From contig OZ240241.1 of the NCBI GenBank assembly GCA_965198115.1, forward strand, positions 4,864,001 through 4,928,000: a stretch of 64,000 nt of DNA, given 5' to 3'. Of this stretch, positions 62,109 through 64,000 are shown in pieces. Below the pieces are notes generated by a model. That model made no database searches. It had not been told where the DNA came from and saw only the letters and a program-made list of their open reading frames with translations. The DNA is from Candidatus Latescibacterota bacterium (GTDB lineage: Bacteria > Latescibacterota > UBA2968). The first letter of the stretch is position 1, and the number at the start of each line of letters is the position of its first letter. A program made the translations under genes and the position numbers.

Positions 62109-64000
62109 GTGTTCGCGTGGCTTCCCGAAGATCGTCGCGACCGCCTGATTCTGCTGTCGGGTATCTACCTCGTCGTCGCAGTGCCGCTGGCCTTCAACGA
62201 GGGGGCGCACGACACGGCCATTTGGGAAAAGCTGGTCGTTCTCCACGCCATCGTGTTGCGGTTCTGCCTAGGGTGGTGTCTGGGAGAGAAGCGATGGGCC
62301 CGCTACGCGCTGGACGTGCCGATCCTGATTCTGCTGGCGTGGGTCGCCGTGTCGTGGACCCAGGCGGTCAACCCAATGAAGAGCGGCTTGGAGGTCATTC
62401 GCGTTCTGCTGGCAGTGACGCTCTACGCGGCCGTGGCGAGGACCTATCAACGGGGTTTTTTGATCCCGTGGACGACTGCACTCGCTGTCACGTGGGCCTC
62501 GTTTCGATCGTCGGGATCGGCCAGTATCTGGGTTTCCAGATGACGGAAGTACGATCCGCGGGCTACCCGAGCGCGACGTTCTGGTATCGGAACTTCGCGG
62601 CGATGTATGTGATTTCGGTCTTGCCGGTCGCGGGGGCTCGACTCGTGTCCACGAACTCGGACCGCGAGGCTTCGTTGTGGACCGCGGCGACGAGTCTGGG
62701 CGTGCTCTTCCTCCTCTACACGCGAACACGAGGAGCGTGGGTGGGTCTCTTTGTGGGCCTGATCGCGGCGAGCGTTTTCTGGTTCGTCACCCGGACCCGA
62801 AGACGCTGGTCATTGCCACGTCCATCGCAGCCTCGGAAGGCGCTGTATGCGACGGTCGCGGTCATCGTGTTCGTCGGAGCGTCTCTTCCGCCGATCGGCG
62901 AGATGGCCGGCCGGCAGATGGCCACTGCGGCCAAGACAGGGATCGGCGCCGCTGCGATGTCCATCGTCGAGGGACGTCACAGCGGACGACTTGGAACGTG
63001 GATGCATTCGCTCGATCTCATCAAGGATCACCCGGCGCTCGGTGTCGGCGTCGGAAACTGGGATCTGGTGTTTCCGCGCTACGTGGGTGAGGACCTGGTT
63101 TCCGGTGGAGGGATGTTCTTCCGGCCCCACAACGATTACCTGTGGGTCGTGTCCGAACTGGGCATCGTGGGTGGGTTGATCGCGGCGTGGGTCCTCGTGA
63201 GCGGTCTCTACTTCGGTGCGAAATGTCTGCTGGAGCTCGATGACCCGCACGAAGGCGCGATCCTGCTCGGGATGATGGTCGGGATCGTGGCCCTGGCCGG
63301 GCACGCGTTCTTCAGCTTTCCGAAGGAGCGGGCGACGACGGCGGCGATCGTTCCGCTCTATTTAGGGGTGATCGCCGCCACCTGGCGACGTTTCGTGCCC
63401 GGCGATGAAGAGAAGGGTGTCCTAGGGCGGCTTGTTCCGTACGGACTGGCGATCCTTTGCCTGGTGTCGCTGCCGACGGTGGTCGATGCCACGCGATCCT
63501 ACCGTTACTATTTCATGGCAGACGTTTATATGAGAGTGGGCAGGGCGCAGGAGTCGCTCGCGTGGATCGAGGCCGCGAAGCGAGCGGGCATCGTCGATGC
63601 GCGCTACTTCGAGATCGAGGGCGAGGCCCGCAAGGGCGTCGGGGACCTGGAAGGGGCCCTTCGGTCGCGTATCGAGGGGCTCTCTTTTCATCCGGACAAT
63701 CCGTGGAGCCATCACGCGATCGGTGTCTACGCGCAGGAGCTGGGCCGCCACGATCAGGCGCTTCCTTCGCTGCGTCGCGCAGTCGAGCTGGCGCCCAAGA
63801 TAGGGCCGATCTTGAGAGACTTCGCGCTGTCGACATTTCACACGGGCGAGGTCGATCGGGCAAGGGAGATGTATCATCGGGCGATCGAGCTGGCGCCGTC
63901 GGACGTTCTGACGCGTTTGGAAGCGAGTGACTTTTTCGTTGCCACAGGAGATACTACGATCGCCCACACGCATCTTGCCGTCGCGGAGGGCCGGGTGGGC
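62109..64000 (+). CDS. O-antigen ligase-family membrane protein with C-terminal TPRs; frameshift near 62495, runs off window
   Basis: After the shift: GIGQYLG..PSATFWYRNFAAMY, YTRTRGAW, GVGVGNW, PHNDYL..SELG, FSFP, then TPR helices. Confidence 0.75.

Overview
GC-rich bacterial chromosomal window, mostly housekeeping and catabolic genes. FlgD-Ig, LamG and TPR proteins give it an FCB/Latescibacterota-like flavour, but that is only an inference. Gene order: addB/addA-type helicase-nuclease pair; XRE regulator; serine hydrolase; a LamG-TPR-CsgG-like protein; two paralogous mandelate-racemase-family enzymes flanking a PflX-like radical SAM gene; SSS and TAXI-TRAP transporters with a hydroxyacid-oxoacid transhydrogenase; a TPR/FliL/cNMP/eno/YkgJ/HDOD/PAS-HisKA cluster; THUMP methyltransferase; bioD-bioA; lutABC; amidase; beta-propeller; a beta-CASP nuclease with a duplicated C-terminal module; S9 peptidase; argR-argC-(GNAT)-argB-argD-argG-argH; ankyrin-FlgD protein; gamma-carbonic anhydrase; O-antigen-ligase-TPR protein. 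Five IS copies can be delimited by terminal inverted repeats (IRs) and target-site duplications (TSDs): an IS1380 inside fliL, an IS256, two ISAzo13 copies, and an ISL3 nested in the right IR of the first ISAzo13. Intergenic spacers carry several families of 7-, 8- and 9-mer periodic, often inverted repeats and REP-like palindromes, and there is a RAYT transposase remnant. Many single-base frameshifts suggest indel-prone assembly, so pseudogene calls need caution. No CRISPR array, rRNA or tRNA was recognised. No single new system is proven. The best candidates are the beta-CASP nuclease with aCPSF1-like KH-type repeats, the periodic-repeat/REP landscape, the non-flagellar FliL/HDOD/PAS-HisKA cluster and the GNAT in the argA/argJ slot.
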